A stretch of 63,237 nt of DNA, the filler included, from Globobulimina sp. (taxonomy: Eukaryota): NCBI GenBank assembly GCA_003354225.1. It is 25 parts of 25 records of this genome, joined end to end, with 100 filler letters (N's around TTAATTAATTAA, not from the genome) between each part and the next. Parts side by side here need not be neighbours in the genome. Positions count along the whole stretch, not along the records: positions 10,142 to 12,576 come from PIVH01006700.1; positions 12,677 to 15,111 come from PIVH01006701.1; positions 15,212 to 17,646 come from PIVH01006702.1; positions 17,747 to 20,180 come from PIVH01006703.1; positions 20,281 to 22,714 come from PIVH01006704.1; 20 more parts are not named here. One strand, given 5' to 3'. A program made the translations under genes and the position numbers. Positions 10,142-20,882 of this stretch are shown in pieces. Every line of letters begins with the position of its first letter. Positions within the stretch are counted from its first letter, which is position 1. The notes under the pieces were generated by a model. The model did no database searches. It was not told the DNA's origin and saw only the letters and a program-made list of their open reading frames with translations.

Positions 10142-10697
10142 CCACAGTTAAAATTTCATCAATTAAAAATATATCAGCATCAGAATGGATGGCAATTGAA
10201 AACCCGAGTCGAAGGTTCATCCCCGAAGAATATTTTTTAACCGGTGTTGAAATAAAATCACTTAGTCCTGAATATTCAACAATTTGATCCATTTTTGATT
10301 TTATTTCACCAATGGACATTCCAAGAATAGCACCATTCATGAAAATATTTTCAGTTCCTGTTAAATCGGGATGAAATCCGGCTCCCAATTCTATCAAGGG
10401 AGCAATTCTACCTGTTACATTCACATTACCTGTTGTAGGTGAAATAACATTCGCTACAAGTTTTAAGAGTGTACTTTTACCAGCACCATTTGGCCCATAC
10501 AACCCAATACTTTCACCTTTGTGTACTGAAAATGACATGTTTTTAATGGCATAAAATTGATGTTCCTCAAGCACATTTTTGTTTGGTTTTCGTTTAAAAA
10601 AAGAGACAAGGTCATCTCGCAAGGTACCATGGTATCCTTGACCTTTTGAATAAACCTTACTGACATCATTAAACTGAATTAAAGGGTTAGATGGCAT
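10142..10697 (-). CDS. wzt: Bacterial polysaccharide ABC exporter ATP-binding subunit, 3'-truncated
   Basis: Walker A GPNGAGKST, PLIELGAGFHPDLTG.ENI, PVKKYSSGM, IDE; the start overlaps the wzm stop. Confidence 0.92.
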
Positions 10698-11460
10698 CGG
10701 CAAATGACCTCTCAAACCGAATAAAAAATTTATAGGCAATAAAAAACAAGGCGCTTACGAACACTGCTTCAATTGCGAATTGCCATAGGATAATCCCTCG
10801 TTCTTCTATAATAACCCGTCGGAAGTTTTCTATGATATAGGTGAGTGGATTTAAAAATAAAATGAATTTCATTTTTATACTGACCGAATCAATTGAATAA
10901 AACACCGGCGAAGCAAAAAACCATGCCTGGATTAAGAAACCGGATGCCAATTTGACATCTCGATAAAATACATTGATCGTAGCCAATATCAAGCATATGG
11001 CAGCAGTGAACAACAAAAGTAATATAAACAAGGGAATGGTCCACAAGGTATTAAGTGTAAGTGGGATATTATAAAATACCAACATTGCAGCCAGAAACAG
11101 AATTGATATTAAGAAATCGGTTACAAATACGCTGATTCTGGAAAAAATAATCAATTCTCGTGGAAAATATATTTTTGTAATCAGGTCTCTGTGTTCGGGT
11201 AGAGAACTAATGGAAGCAGTTAGAGATGCTGAAAAAAGTGTCCAGGGGATTAGTGCTGAAAAATAAAAAATTGATCTTGGATATCCGTTTGTTTCAATGT
11301 TTAACACCAACCCAAAAACAACGACAAACAAGAGCATCATGCTTATGGGTTGAATCAACACCCAGATCACACCAATTGTGGTCTGTTTGTATCGAATTAA
11401 AAACTCGCGCCATACAAAAATTAAAAACAGATCTCTAAAATTTTTAAGTCTTTCGAACAT
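10687..11460 (-). CDS. wzm: Bacterial polysaccharide ABC exporter permease
   Basis: RYKQT.IG..W..IQP, ITKIYFPRE, SPVFY, NPL, FADAI: ABC-2 Wzm signature. Confidence 0.92.
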   Translation of the reverse strand: MFERLKNFRDLFLIFVWREFLIRYKQTTIGVIWVLIQPISMMLLFVVVFGLVLNIETNGYPRSIFYFSALIPWTLFSASLTASISSLPEHRDLITKIYFPRELIIFSRISVFVTDFLISILFLAAMLVFYNIPLTLNTLWTIPLFILLLLFTAAICLILATINVFYRDVKLASGFLIQAWFFASPVFYSIDSVSIKMKFILFLNPLTYIIENFRRVIIEERGIILWQFAIEAVFVSALFFIAYKFFIRFERSFADAI

Positions 11461-11761
11461 TTTTTAGTCTATACTTTACAATATTTGTCAAATTATTTGA
11501 AATTGAATCAATCAAAAAGGTAATAAAGCCTAATCCATAATGGTTTTTACAATTATGGCATACCACACTCTTAGCATAGAGAGCAAATATCGTGCTAACA
11601 ATAGACTTTTTTGAACAGGTCTTGTCCCTTGGCATTTTTATTGCTGTTATTCTTATCGATAAGTATATTGACTTTAATTAATTTTGGATTGATAATTTAT
11701 ACATTTAAGCTAGGCATCGTGTTCGGAAAAAATAAATTCTATTTTTTACACTTGGAAATAA

Positions 11762-12304
11762 ATGATAAAAATTTCAAAAAATATCAGTGGCTTTACCCTA
11801 ATCGAATTAATGGTTGTAATCACCATCATTTCATTGCTTCTTATAATGGGTCCTAATTGGGGACAAATCATAGCTGATCAACGATTAAAAGGTGCGGCCA
11901 AAGATATCTATTCTAATCTGCAAAAGGCCAGATTAGAGGCGATCAGCCAAAATACAATGATTGGCATACAATTTAATGCCACACCCTATACCACCCAAGG
12001 AGGTGTTGGAAGTTATACAGTCTTTATTGACGATGGTATTGGTGGGGGGACAGCTGACGATTTGGTTAAACATAATGATGAGCTCACAAAAGCCAGTGTG
12101 ACCATGCCTAAAAAGGCAACCTTGATACAAGTAAACTTAACTGGCGGGGCAACAGCCCTTGGATTCAATAGTAGAGGCCTTCCTGCGAGAAACAGAATAG
12201 GAAATATACAAGTACGCAACAGTACGCGCTGGTATCAAATAATTCTATCGAGTGCCGGAAATATAAGGATTCTAGTTAGTGGTGACGGTGTGACATGGCA
12301 ATAG
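11762..12304 (+). CDS. Type IV minor pilin, FimT/FimU (GspH) family
   Basis: Prepilin motif GFTLIELMVVI; 'LQKARLEAI'; 'FNSRG'. Confidence 0.85.
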   Translation: MIKISKNISGFTLIELMVVITIISLLLIMGPNWGQIIADQRLKGAAKDIYSNLQKARLEAISQNTMIGIQFNATPYTTQGGVGSYTVFIDDGIGGGTADDLVKHNDELTKASVTMPKKATLIQVNLTGGATALGFNSRGLPARNRIGNIQVRNSTRWYQIILSSAGNIRILVSGDGVTWQ

Positions 12305-12576
12305 AAAAAAAAATTATTAGAAAAAATATAAAATATAAGAAAAATGGATTCACATTAATTGAAGTGATGATAACCATGGCAATCTCCACAATTGTTCTTG
12401 GCGGAATTTTTGCTATATACTCTAATCAGCAAAAATCCTATGTCAGTTCGGACCGTATTGCTGAAATGCAACAGAATATCAGGGCTGCTATGCTAATCAT
12501 GTCATCTGAAATAAGAGAAGCGAGTTCTGCCCCCAGTCAAAAAGCAAATGGAGGAATTTTATCTGCAAGTTCTGCA
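12295..12576 (+). CDS. Type IV minor pilin, PilW-like, 3'-truncated
   Basis: GFTLIEVMITMAI..IVL; 'EMQQNIRAAM..M..EIR'; overlaps the upstream pilin gene. Confidence 0.82.
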
Positions 12577-12676
12577 NNNNNNNNNNNNNNNNNNNNNNNN
12601 NNNNNNNNNNNNNNNNNNNNTTAATTAATTAANNNNNNNNNNNNNNNNNNNNNNNNNNNNNNNNNNNNNNNNNNNN

Positions 12677-13256
12677 ACAACAAAATATTAAACATAACGC
12701 AATCAATCAAGAAAATATTAATTTAAAACGAAATATAAAAACACTACAAAATGAATTATCACAAATTAATACCAAATATCAAGAATTAGAAGATAAGCGA
12801 ATGACAGATGCGCAAGAATTAGATTTTAGAAAATCGGAGTTTGATGCAATAAATATAAAATATAATGAAATCAATCAAAAAAATATTAATTTGACAAATA
12901 AAAATAATCATTTATTACAAAAATTAAAAAAGAAAGAAATGTTAATTAAAAGGCTTGGAAAGGAATATATTATGAATAAATTTAACGATCCGTGTTTATT
13001 AAAAATGAAATTTAAATATATTTATAGATCATGGGATTGGTTGCAAGTCTATCAATGGATCATCGGTGTGAAAAATGGTATATTTCAGAAATATGAAAAT
13101 AAGTTAATTGCAAAGTTAAGAAAACATAACATTGGAGGCAAGGATTTACAAACAATGATAACCAATCAAAATGATTTACAAATGATTGGAATTTCAAACT
13201 CAAGTGATAGGAAATTATTATTTGATGAAATACAAAAATTAATAAAACAAAATTAA
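12677..13256 (+). CDS. Coiled-coil protein with C-terminal SAM domain, 5'-truncated
   Basis: W....V.QWI....F.KY.......I.G.DL.....DL..IGI....DR..L...I..L is a SAM pattern. Confidence 0.75.
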
Positions 13257-13645
13257 GATTTAATTAGTAACAAAAAAATCGTGGAATTATGATGATAAAT
13301 TATATGAATTATACTGTCTGTATGTTACATTTTTTTTTATTTGATAATATTTATTAATTACAAACAACGATCATTTTTAATTGATTGGTGTATACATACA
13401 CAGAACGTGTTTTTTTCTGGTTTGCGAAAATGAACACTTTTTGTAATATATTGATGCTTGATAGGAAAGGACTGTCTCATCTGTTCCAAATACAAATCGG
13501 TTGTCTCATCTGGGCCTGTTACTGCAGCGGTTGTCTCTACATACGGAAGGAGGGTGTGGGTGTGTGTCATTCGGCATACCTCATACACACTAGTCAACGA
13601 ATTCACTTTAGTTACTGTTTTCTAGTTAAGTTGAGTAGGAAAACC

Positions 13646-14359
13646 ATGTTAAAATCAGAAACTTCAAATAAATTGGTATTTGTAAATACAAATGGATTAC
13701 AATACGTTGATGAAGAGTCACACTTGCTTGTTTTTGGATTTATTCGAAGGACTCAAATGTTGATACCATCGCCAATATTTATTGTATGTTTAGAATATTA
13801 TTATATTGGAATATATTTTGACAAACATGGAAAGCATATCAATATCAGTGGAGAATGCAATGATATATTGACAATTTACAAGGATAAATGTGATATCTGT
13901 AGTAAATACAACGGTGCCACAGCGTATGGAAATCATTGGATTGATTCTATGTGCAACAAAACGATAATATTTAAATTAAAGCTAAACCAATCAAGAGCAG
14001 ACTGTGATATTTCAATTGGAATTACCTCCAAAGATGATGTGGTTAATGGCGATTTTCATTGTGAACTTGATACGAATTGGTATGGATATATGAATGCAGG
14101 ATTTAAGATTTGCAGTCCAAGTGACATAGCAAAATATGGTGCGACATTTTTAACCAATGACATTGTTACAATGATTTTAAATTTATCAAACTCAACACTC
14201 CGTTTTGAAGTAAATGATGAAGCACAGGGTGTTGCGTTTGATAACATTGCAAAAGGGAAGCATATCAAGTATAAATTGGTGGTATCAGCATGGGCTGATG
14301 GAGATTCTCTATCCATTATTGATTATAAAATTAAAGATTCTCTGCTATATAATATGTGA
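13646..14359 (+). CDS. SPRY/B30.2-like domain protein with an N-terminal F-box-like motif
   Basis: ISIGI, YG..F..NDIV.M.LN.....L.F.VN...QGVAF, YKLVVS; N-terminal LLVFGFIR...IP..I...CLEYY. Confidence 0.75.
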   Translation: MLKSETSNKLVFVNTNGLQYVDEESHLLVFGFIRRTQMLIPSPIFIVCLEYYYIGIYFDKHGKHINISGECNDILTIYKDKCDICSKYNGATAYGNHWIDSMCNKTIIFKLKLNQSRADCDISIGITSKDDVVNGDFHCELDTNWYGYMNAGFKICSPSDIAKYGATFLTNDIVTMILNLSNSTLRFEVNDEAQGVAFDNIAKGKHIKYKLVVSAWADGDSLSIIDYKIKDSLLYNM

Positions 14360-14507
14360 TCGTGTGTCAATTCTCAAATATCAATATTATAGCAATGTAC
14401 TATAGCAGTGGGTCAAAATCCAGCCGGACGTAAAACCGACTCGGAGTTCAAAGTCAGCCGAAAGAGATTTTGGACTTCAACATTTAACTGTCTGTTGACA
14501 ACCGGCC

Positions 14508-15111
14508 ATGGCACAAGGAACGAGTGAAACAAAGGAGGAGTACCCACAAATTGTCCCAGCATCTTTTTTTACGAAATGCTACGAATGTAACAGTGATATT
14601 CAATTACTCAGTCACAGATTCTGTACAGAGTGTGGTTCATCGCTGCTCAAATGTTGCTCAAACTGTCAAGATACGAAACAGAAAATTACAAACAAATTCT
14701 GCTCAAATTGTGGGAAAATTTTAACACAAACCAAACAAAACAAAGTTAAGTCAATTGGAAGAACGAAATCTGTGCAAGATCTGGTGAGTAAAGATGCGAC
14801 GGTATGGGGTGTATTATCAAAGGCATTGTCGGGAGAACATTATATAGAAAGAACACAAACATACTAAAGGATGCTAGACACATCAAGAGAGCTATACGAG
14901 TATGTTGCAAGTGGCAAAAAGAATAAGGATGGTATCACTCTGAAAGCTCTAAGAGAGCAAGAAGAGCAGAAGCAGAAGGACTCGAGACCACCCTGGAGAT
15001 CAACTGGAGTAAGCAATGTACCCTCATGGAACAAGCCATCCAAGTATCAACTAAATTCCAATATTAAAGCCAAGGTTTACACAGGTTTAAATGAGCCAAA
15101 ATCTACCTCAT
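14508..15111 (+). CDS. Double zinc-ribbon protein with an in-frame TAA at 14865-14867
   Basis: Four CxxC pairs (FCTECG, FCSNCG). ORF 14871 continues in the same frame after the stop. Confidence 0.6.
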
Positions 15112-15307
15112 NNNNNNNNNNNNNNNNNNNNNNNNNNNNNNNNNNNNNNNNNNNNTTAATTAATTAANNNNNNNNNNNNNNNNNNNNNNNNNNNNNNNNN
15201 NNNNNNNNNNNAAAAAAAAATCGTTATTTAAAAAAAAAAGAACATATTCTAAATCAAATAAAGATTGGATTTACGGTTTTAATCCAATTAATATCGATGA
15301 CCGTCCA

Positions 15308-15727
15308 TTGCCAAATATGCCAACAACGTCAAAATCAGATAAATATTCGGAAATTAAAAATGTCACAACAAATCAGGAAAAAAATCTGGATGAAATTATT
15401 AGAAATAATGAAAGCGATAAAATCCGAAATATGGAAAAAATACCATGTGCAAATCCGTTGAAAATGGAAGAAAAAGAAGATGCGTTGTCAGCATATGATG
15501 GATATATTAATAAATATGGTCATATGCCACAAAATGCAACGCAATTAATGAAATTTAGTAAAATGAATAATAAATTTGCACCATTGTTGTTTAAGGAAGC
15601 ACGGAGTATATTGGCCATACACAAAAATAAAAACACATCAAAAGCAACTGCAGGTAATATAAATTTAGAGGAGAAAAATAAAAAAACGCCGATGTGTGCA
15701 TGGCCCATAAAAAAAATCAGTATTTGA
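15308..15727 (+). CDS. Hypothetical Lys/Asn-rich protein fragment
   Basis: ORF only. Confidence 0.35.
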   Translation: MPNMPTTSKSDKYSEIKNVTTNQEKNLDEIIRNNESDKIRNMEKIPCANPLKMEEKEDALSAYDGYINKYGHMPQNATQLMKFSKMNNKFAPLLFKEARSILAIHKNKNTSKATAGNINLEEKNKKTPMCAWPIKKISI

Positions 15728-15958
15728 TGATATAAAGTATCTGCACATTTTGCAAAGAAATTACAAATCTTTCTGTCCAATGTCTTATTAATTTCTGTAA
15801 TTATTTTCCCCTCAATAATACTAAATATATTTTAATATTTTCATCTGTTTTTTCTTTTGCAATTATTGAACCAAGATAGTCCAAACAAAATGTTTGATTT
15901 GGTCATACCAAAAACCTCAACTACTACTAAAGTAATCTTGAAATTCCGTTTACAAATC

Positions 15959-17305
15959 ATGACGACTCAAATAAACGTTATGCATACCCAGATCGAAAAT
16001 ACATTCAGTCAGATAGATAAATTACTGTCCCAAATAATGTTCGACTCAGAAATATGTATCACCAAAACCAAAAGCAGCTCGCATAGCAGCCCAACGACTC
16101 CAAATCCAATGTGTTGCACAGTTTGCAAAAAGGATGCCAACATCAAATGGACGCATTGCAGCCATCGCTATTGCGTCAAGTGTATGGCCCACGTAATAAC
16201 GCAACATCTATCCCTCGCAAACCAAATACCAAAATGTGTGTATCGAGGCTGCAATCAGTCATTAAATATACACACTCTCCATCAACAATACACATTGCAA
16301 TGGTCATATCCTCGCAAATACAGAATTACTCTCTCCTTTGCAGAATATAACAATATGGATAAATTAATCAAAGGATACATGCCGAAACCCACAGTCCCCC
16401 ACGGTATAATTTTATTAATCTTTGATTATTACCTTTTCAATTACGTGAAACCTATAAAATGTGACAAATGCAAATCATACACCATGTCCTATTCACCCTA
16501 TTCGCCATTCATCCATCATATGTCCTTAGCGCAGGCCTCAAAATTGACCGTTTCTGACAAAATCGACCACCGTGATCCTATCGGCAAGTTCACGACAGCC
16601 GCCATCGTGGGCAAAATGGGAAGCAATTTGAAAATCCATTACAATTCGCTACATTCGCGTGATATTTGGAGCGATTTTCGTGTCGAATTAGACCGATTTG
16701 CGAGCTATAAATCCATCTCTGCGCGACCGGCACATCGATTATCCACATTGACCAAAGGCAGCTACATCGATATAAATCCGATACAGACACATTATGGATG
16801 GAAGTACGCAGAAATCCGAGGCATGGATGGTAAATCCGGGCAGATTCAAGTGAGTTATCAGCATAATAATGCACATTATTTGTATTGGATGCATTTGGAT
16901 AACACGTTAGAAGTTGCTCCGTTTACTAGCATGTGCGGGACACAGTGTACTCAGCAAAGAAAAGGCGAATGTGAATGTGTATTGACATTAGATTTTAACA
17001 AATTGTGCCAGAAACAGTCGCTTTGTACCAAATGTAACGAATATTTCCCAAATAACAGTATCGTTCATTGGAACAAATGCTGCCATGTTTTGTGTATTCA
17101 TTGTTTAACATTTGAGGCAAAATCACAACTTTTGCAGCATAAAATTCCCGTTTGTCCCGTCGCGAATTGTCCGCAAGAAATTGCCTCCAATGACCGTGGA
17201 ATGGACAAGAATAACATCCGATTTTTGTGTAAATCGTGGCCGAAAAGTAACAAGTATTTGGAGGAGAGGTTAAAGTTATTATTCAAATGCGTATTGATCA
17301 GATAG
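15959..17305 (+). CDS. RING-like + F-box-like motif + tandem MBT/Tudor-like + RING-like protein
   Basis: Two C..C...C.H..C..C...C....C RING1-type clusters; 'L.V.DKIDHRD..G.F..A.I.....LKIHY....D.W' Royal-family-like domain. Confidence 0.65.
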   Translation: MTTQINVMHTQIENTFSQIDKLLSQIMFDSEICITKTKSSSHSSPTTPNPMCCTVCKKDANIKWTHCSHRYCVKCMAHVITQHLSLANQIPKCVYRGCNQSLNIHTLHQQYTLQWSYPRKYRITLSFAEYNNMDKLIKGYMPKPTVPHGIILLIFDYYLFNYVKPIKCDKCKSYTMSYSPYSPFIHHMSLAQASKLTVSDKIDHRDPIGKFTTAAIVGKMGSNLKIHYNSLHSRDIWSDFRVELDRFASYKSISARPAHRLSTLTKGSYIDINPIQTHYGWKYAEIRGMDGKSGQIQVSYQHNNAHYLYWMHLDNTLEVAPFTSMCGTQCTQQRKGECECVLTLDFNKLCQKQSLCTKCNEYFPNNSIVHWNKCCHVLCIHCLTFEAKSQLLQHKIPVCPVANCPQEIASNDRGMDKNNIRFLCKSWPKSNKYLEERLKLLFKCVLIR

Positions 17306-17814
17306 AGTTTACTCGAAAAGTAAAACTTCTTAATGCTGCATACCAAATAGTAGGAAACCTTCCCCAAGATAAAGTTAAATCAAAGAAAAATATGTACTTT
17401 TTCGAAAAAGACATTACTCTTCTTGTTTTTAAACAAATAGACGCTGTTAAGATAACTGTATACTTTTTTAAATCTCTTCTACAGCCTTTTTTAACGCATC
17501 CACTAATAAATTATGATGTATTTCTTCGGCAAGAATGCTTTTTAAAACACTTGACTTCTGGATCTTTTACTAAAGGAAGAACTTCTTTTAACTGCTCAAG
17601 CATTAAAACTTCAGCTTCTTTCATCCCTCTTATATATTGAAGATATNNNNNNNNNNNNNNNNNNNNNNNNNNNNNNNNNNNNNNNNNNNNTTAATTAATT
17701 AANNNNNNNNNNNNNNNNNNNNNNNNNNNNNNNNNNNNNNNNNNNNAGAAAATAGATATTTCTAATAGATAACAAGAATAGAAACACACTAACAAATAGT
17801 ATAGAGTAGATAAC

Positions 17815-19149
17815 ATGGCATCAGTCTTATGCGAACAGCAACAGTGGGTAGATACTTCAGGCGCTCCTTTAGTGGGAGGGTTTGTTTATATTGGCACGCA
17901 GGGTAATGACCCGGTTGCCAATCCTAAAGCTATTTTCTCTGATAGAGCCTTAACGGTAGCTCTTGCCAATCCACAGACTTTAGACAGTTTAGGACAATCA
18001 ACCAATAAGATTTGGACTGATGGCACGTATTCGATGAAGATCGAAGACCTTAATAATGTTCAAATATATCTGGAGCTAGACAACGGAGAGACGGCGGAGA
18101 CGGGGACAACAACGCTTTCTAACGTTCAAGGCGCGGATACCATCACGGCGGACGCTTCAGCTACTATAACAGCTTATACAGACCTGGAGATATATACTTT
18201 TACATCAGTCCAGGCTAATACTGGGGCTGTAACGCTTAATATTGATAGTGTTGGCGCTAAATCTGTCCTAAAGAATCATACTGAAGCAATAGAGGCGGGA
18301 GACTTTGAAGCTGATCAGGTTATCAGAGTTGCTTACAATGCCACGGATGATGTTTTTGAATGGACAAATCAGAATATAAAAAATGTCATTGCAGACATTG
18401 GCTTATTGCCTCAATCATATTTATCTAATGTTCAAATATCAAATAACGTAACAGATGCTGATCATGATTTAGATTTTACAGCGTTCTCAACAAGAGATTC
18501 AACAAACGCGGAAAATATAGTTAATATAGCGCTCACCAAACAGTTTGATACAGCATGGGCGGCGGGTACGGATGCGGGTGGCTTGGCATCCAGTCTTGTG
18601 CCTTTGGTGGCTGATACTTGGTATCATGTGTTTGCTGTTTTGATTGGAGGCGCTGCTGATATTATAGCTGATACCAGCCTAACCTGTGCCAATGGTGTTA
18701 CAGATGCGAGTGTTACTAATTTCAGGCGTATTTGTTCGTTTATGACGGATGGAACAACACCGGGTAACATTTTAGCTTTTAGACATTTGAACGACCAATT
18801 TTGGTGGGATGATGCGCCTTATGATATTAATGATACTTCAACAGGCACAGCGGCAAAAACAGATACTATTAGTACGCCGATTGATATCAAAACAACCGCT
18901 ATAGTGGCGGTGCAATACCTTTCGGGAACGTCTCCTACAACGTATGGCAATATATGGAATCCTGACCAAACCGACCCAGGAACACCGGGTCAAGGAAATG
19001 CTAATTTCACGCAAGTAGTGTCAAATAATTTTTCTACCCATAACATCCAGGTAATGACAAATACAAGTAGTCAAATACAATATCAAACGAGTGCGAGTGG
19101 TACGGTTAACGTTCAAACTGCTGGCTGGATAGACACGCGAGACAGATAG
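17815..19149 (+). CDS. Phage tail fibre/tailspike with a P22-type head-binding-like N-terminus
   Basis: G.PL.GG.VYIG....DP..NP......L.NP..LD..G....IW.DG.YSMKI.D; NTGA.TLNI..VGAK fibre motif; Thr/Ala/Asp-rich. Confidence 0.8.
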   Translation: MASVLCEQQQWVDTSGAPLVGGFVYIGTQGNDPVANPKAIFSDRALTVALANPQTLDSLGQSTNKIWTDGTYSMKIEDLNNVQIYLELDNGETAETGTTTLSNVQGADTITADASATITAYTDLEIYTFTSVQANTGAVTLNIDSVGAKSVLKNHTEAIEAGDFEADQVIRVAYNATDDVFEWTNQNIKNVIADIGLLPQSYLSNVQISNNVTDADHDLDFTAFSTRDSTNAENIVNIALTKQFDTAWAAGTDAGGLASSLVPLVADTWYHVFAVLIGGAADIIADTSLTCANGVTDASVTNFRRICSFMTDGTTPGNILAFRHLNDQFWWDDAPYDINDTSTGTAAKTDTISTPIDIKTTAIVAVQYLSGTSPTTYGNIWNPDQTDPGTPGQGNANFTQVVSNNFSTHNIQVMTNTSSQIQYQTSASGTVNVQTAGWIDTRDR

Positions 19150-19157
19150 GCTAAACT

Positions 19158-19289
19158 ATGGCTAAAAAACCACAGAGATTAAAAGGTAAGGGTAAGAGAT
19201 TAACCGGTCCTAAAAGATTAAAAGGAAAAGGCACACGTTTAAAAGGTAAGGGTAAGCGGTTATTTCCAAAAGGAACACGTAGCGCATGA
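19158..19289 (+). CDS. 43-aa highly basic repeat peptide (not in the ORF track)
   Basis: MAKKPQRLKGKGKRLTGPKRLKGKGTRLKGKGKRLFPKGTRSA; fills the intergenic gap and overlaps the next gene by ATGA. Confidence 0.75.
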   Translation: MAKKPQRLKGKGKRLTGPKRLKGKGTRLKGKGKRLFPKGTRSA

Positions 19290-19588
19290 AACATTTGCCA
19301 ACTATCTTAGCTGGAATCCAGATTGTCGCAGTATTTGTAGCTGTTGGTGTCTGGGTGGGAAGCCAAAATGATCTTAAAGAGATTATAGAGAGAGCCGATA
19401 ATCAAGTTATGCTCCAGGGTGAGCGGAATAACGATAATTATCAGTTATTATTAAAAATAGCTCAAAAGCAACAACAGCAACTTGACGAAATGTCTAGTTT
19501 TCTGACCTTCAAATATCCTGGGTATAAACCAAAAGGAAGTCCTGCAACTTTTTTTCCGTTAGAGTTAAACCCAGAATACAGGGATTAA
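19286..19588 (+). CDS. Phage membrane-anchored coiled-coil protein (lysis-region candidate)
   Basis: N-terminal TM helix then a Gln-rich coil; tightly packed upstream of the endolysin. Confidence 0.6.
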   Translation: MKHLPTILAGIQIVAVFVAVGVWVGSQNDLKEIIERADNQVMLQGERNNDNYQLLLKIAQKQQQQLDEMSSFLTFKYPGYKPKGSPATFFPLELNPEYRD

Positions 19589-19589
19589 A

Positions 19590-19892
19590 ATGACAACCAT
19601 GCAAAAGATAAGCACCGTAGGCGTTCTGGCAGCCATCACAGGCGCTTGGTTTGGTTTTGCGGGCCTTCCCCCTTACGCCTCGGCTACTGACCTTGCAGAG
19701 ACTAATGTGACGGCGCGTGCAGCATTACAACAGGCTATGGAGAACAGAGCGGACGCACAAAGGCAACGTGTTTTTGATCAACAGTTTTTTATAGCAAAGG
19801 CTGGCAGTACACCGGAACGCCAGCGGGAATTAAAAAGACTAAAGGCGGCATTGAAGAAATACGAGGAAGCTAAAGATAGAGCTTATAAGTAG
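19590..19892 (+). CDS. Phage membrane-anchored/secreted coiled-coil protein
   Basis: N-terminal hydrophobic segment and helical C-terminus; operon-like spacing. Confidence 0.6.
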   Translation: MTTMQKISTVGVLAAITGAWFGFAGLPPYASATDLAETNVTARAALQQAMENRADAQRQRVFDQQFFIAKAGSTPERQRELKRLKAALKKYEEAKDRAYK

Positions 19893-20180
19893 TGCTATAT
19901 GAACATTATTCACAAGTTGATTGGGATTCTGAAAGATGGCCAAACTTTAGTCCTATTGAGTTTGCTTGCTCTCTCACTTGTTGCGGTAGTGTCTATATCG
20001 ACAAAGCCATGCTTGACATGTTACAATCAGCTAGAAAACAATCCGGGCGCAGTTTTCGTATTAATTCAGGACACAGATGTATTAGGCACAACAAGGCCGT
20101 GGGTGGCTCCCCTAAAAGCCGACACCTTAGGTTGGCATTTGATATCTCCCTGAACGGACATCTCCACTTTGAACTCAAAC
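19892..20180 (+). CDS. Peptidase M15A (endolysin-type), 3'-truncated
   Basis: WPNFS..EFAC...CG, INSG.RC..HNKAVGG...S.H....D. Confidence 0.88.
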
Positions 20181-20280
20181 NNNNNNNNNNNNNNNNNNNN
20201 NNNNNNNNNNNNNNNNNNNNNNNNTTAATTAATTAANNNNNNNNNNNNNNNNNNNNNNNNNNNNNNNNNNNNNNNNNNNN

Positions 20281-20672
20281 GTATTAATGCAATTTGTACC
20301 ATTTATAATTTACCAAATGGTGGTTTTTTATATGATCCAAAATTGTTAGATTTGAGTTATTCAATTTGTAGGGAAGTTGTATCTGTTTATAAGGAATATT
20401 ATGCACAAAATATCTGCAATAAATCAGGTAATGATGAGGGTAATATGTGGATAGATATGCTTTGTGACTCTGAGAAACTATTTGATTCATGCAAAGAAAT
20501 TATGTTTTTAACAAAGGATAATTTATGTTCAATGAATAGAGATATTTATTATAAACGACAAACGGAAATACATGAAATAAATGGTTATATTGCAGGTTTA
20601 GCAAAGCAATATAATATCGAGGTTCCTCTCAATGAGTTGATGGTGCAAAAAGTAAGTCATCTGCATAAATAA
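20281..20672 (+). CDS. Ketopantoate reductase (ApbA/PanE) C-terminal domain, 5'-truncated
   Basis: N.CSM.RD....RQTEI..INGYI..LA....I.VP.N. Confidence 0.75.
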
Positions 20673-20882
20673 CTGCATAATGGTGTTGATTTCTCATTAA
20701 TTTACCTACAAATGTTTCCCTACAGAAATTTCTGCACCTCGTGGTCTGTAGCAAGGTATAAGTTTTTCTTCTTAAAATTGAGCAAAGTTTTTCGTCATAA
20801 ACTTTCAAATATCTTTTTTTTTCAACTTCAATCCACTCGTTTTATACAAATTCAAAGTCCAACTGCAAAATAAAAGACGAAG

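Noticed and set aside
14865-14867. Alternative genetic code (TAA/TAG reassigned)
   Set aside because: Conserved genes end at TAA at the expected position (for example SNAPC3), and long ORFs lack internal stops.
20281-20672. Ketopantoate reductase as bacterial contamination or recent HGT
   Set aside because: Its composition matches the host, no junction is visible, and eukaryotic homologs exist; origin cannot be judged without a phylogeny.
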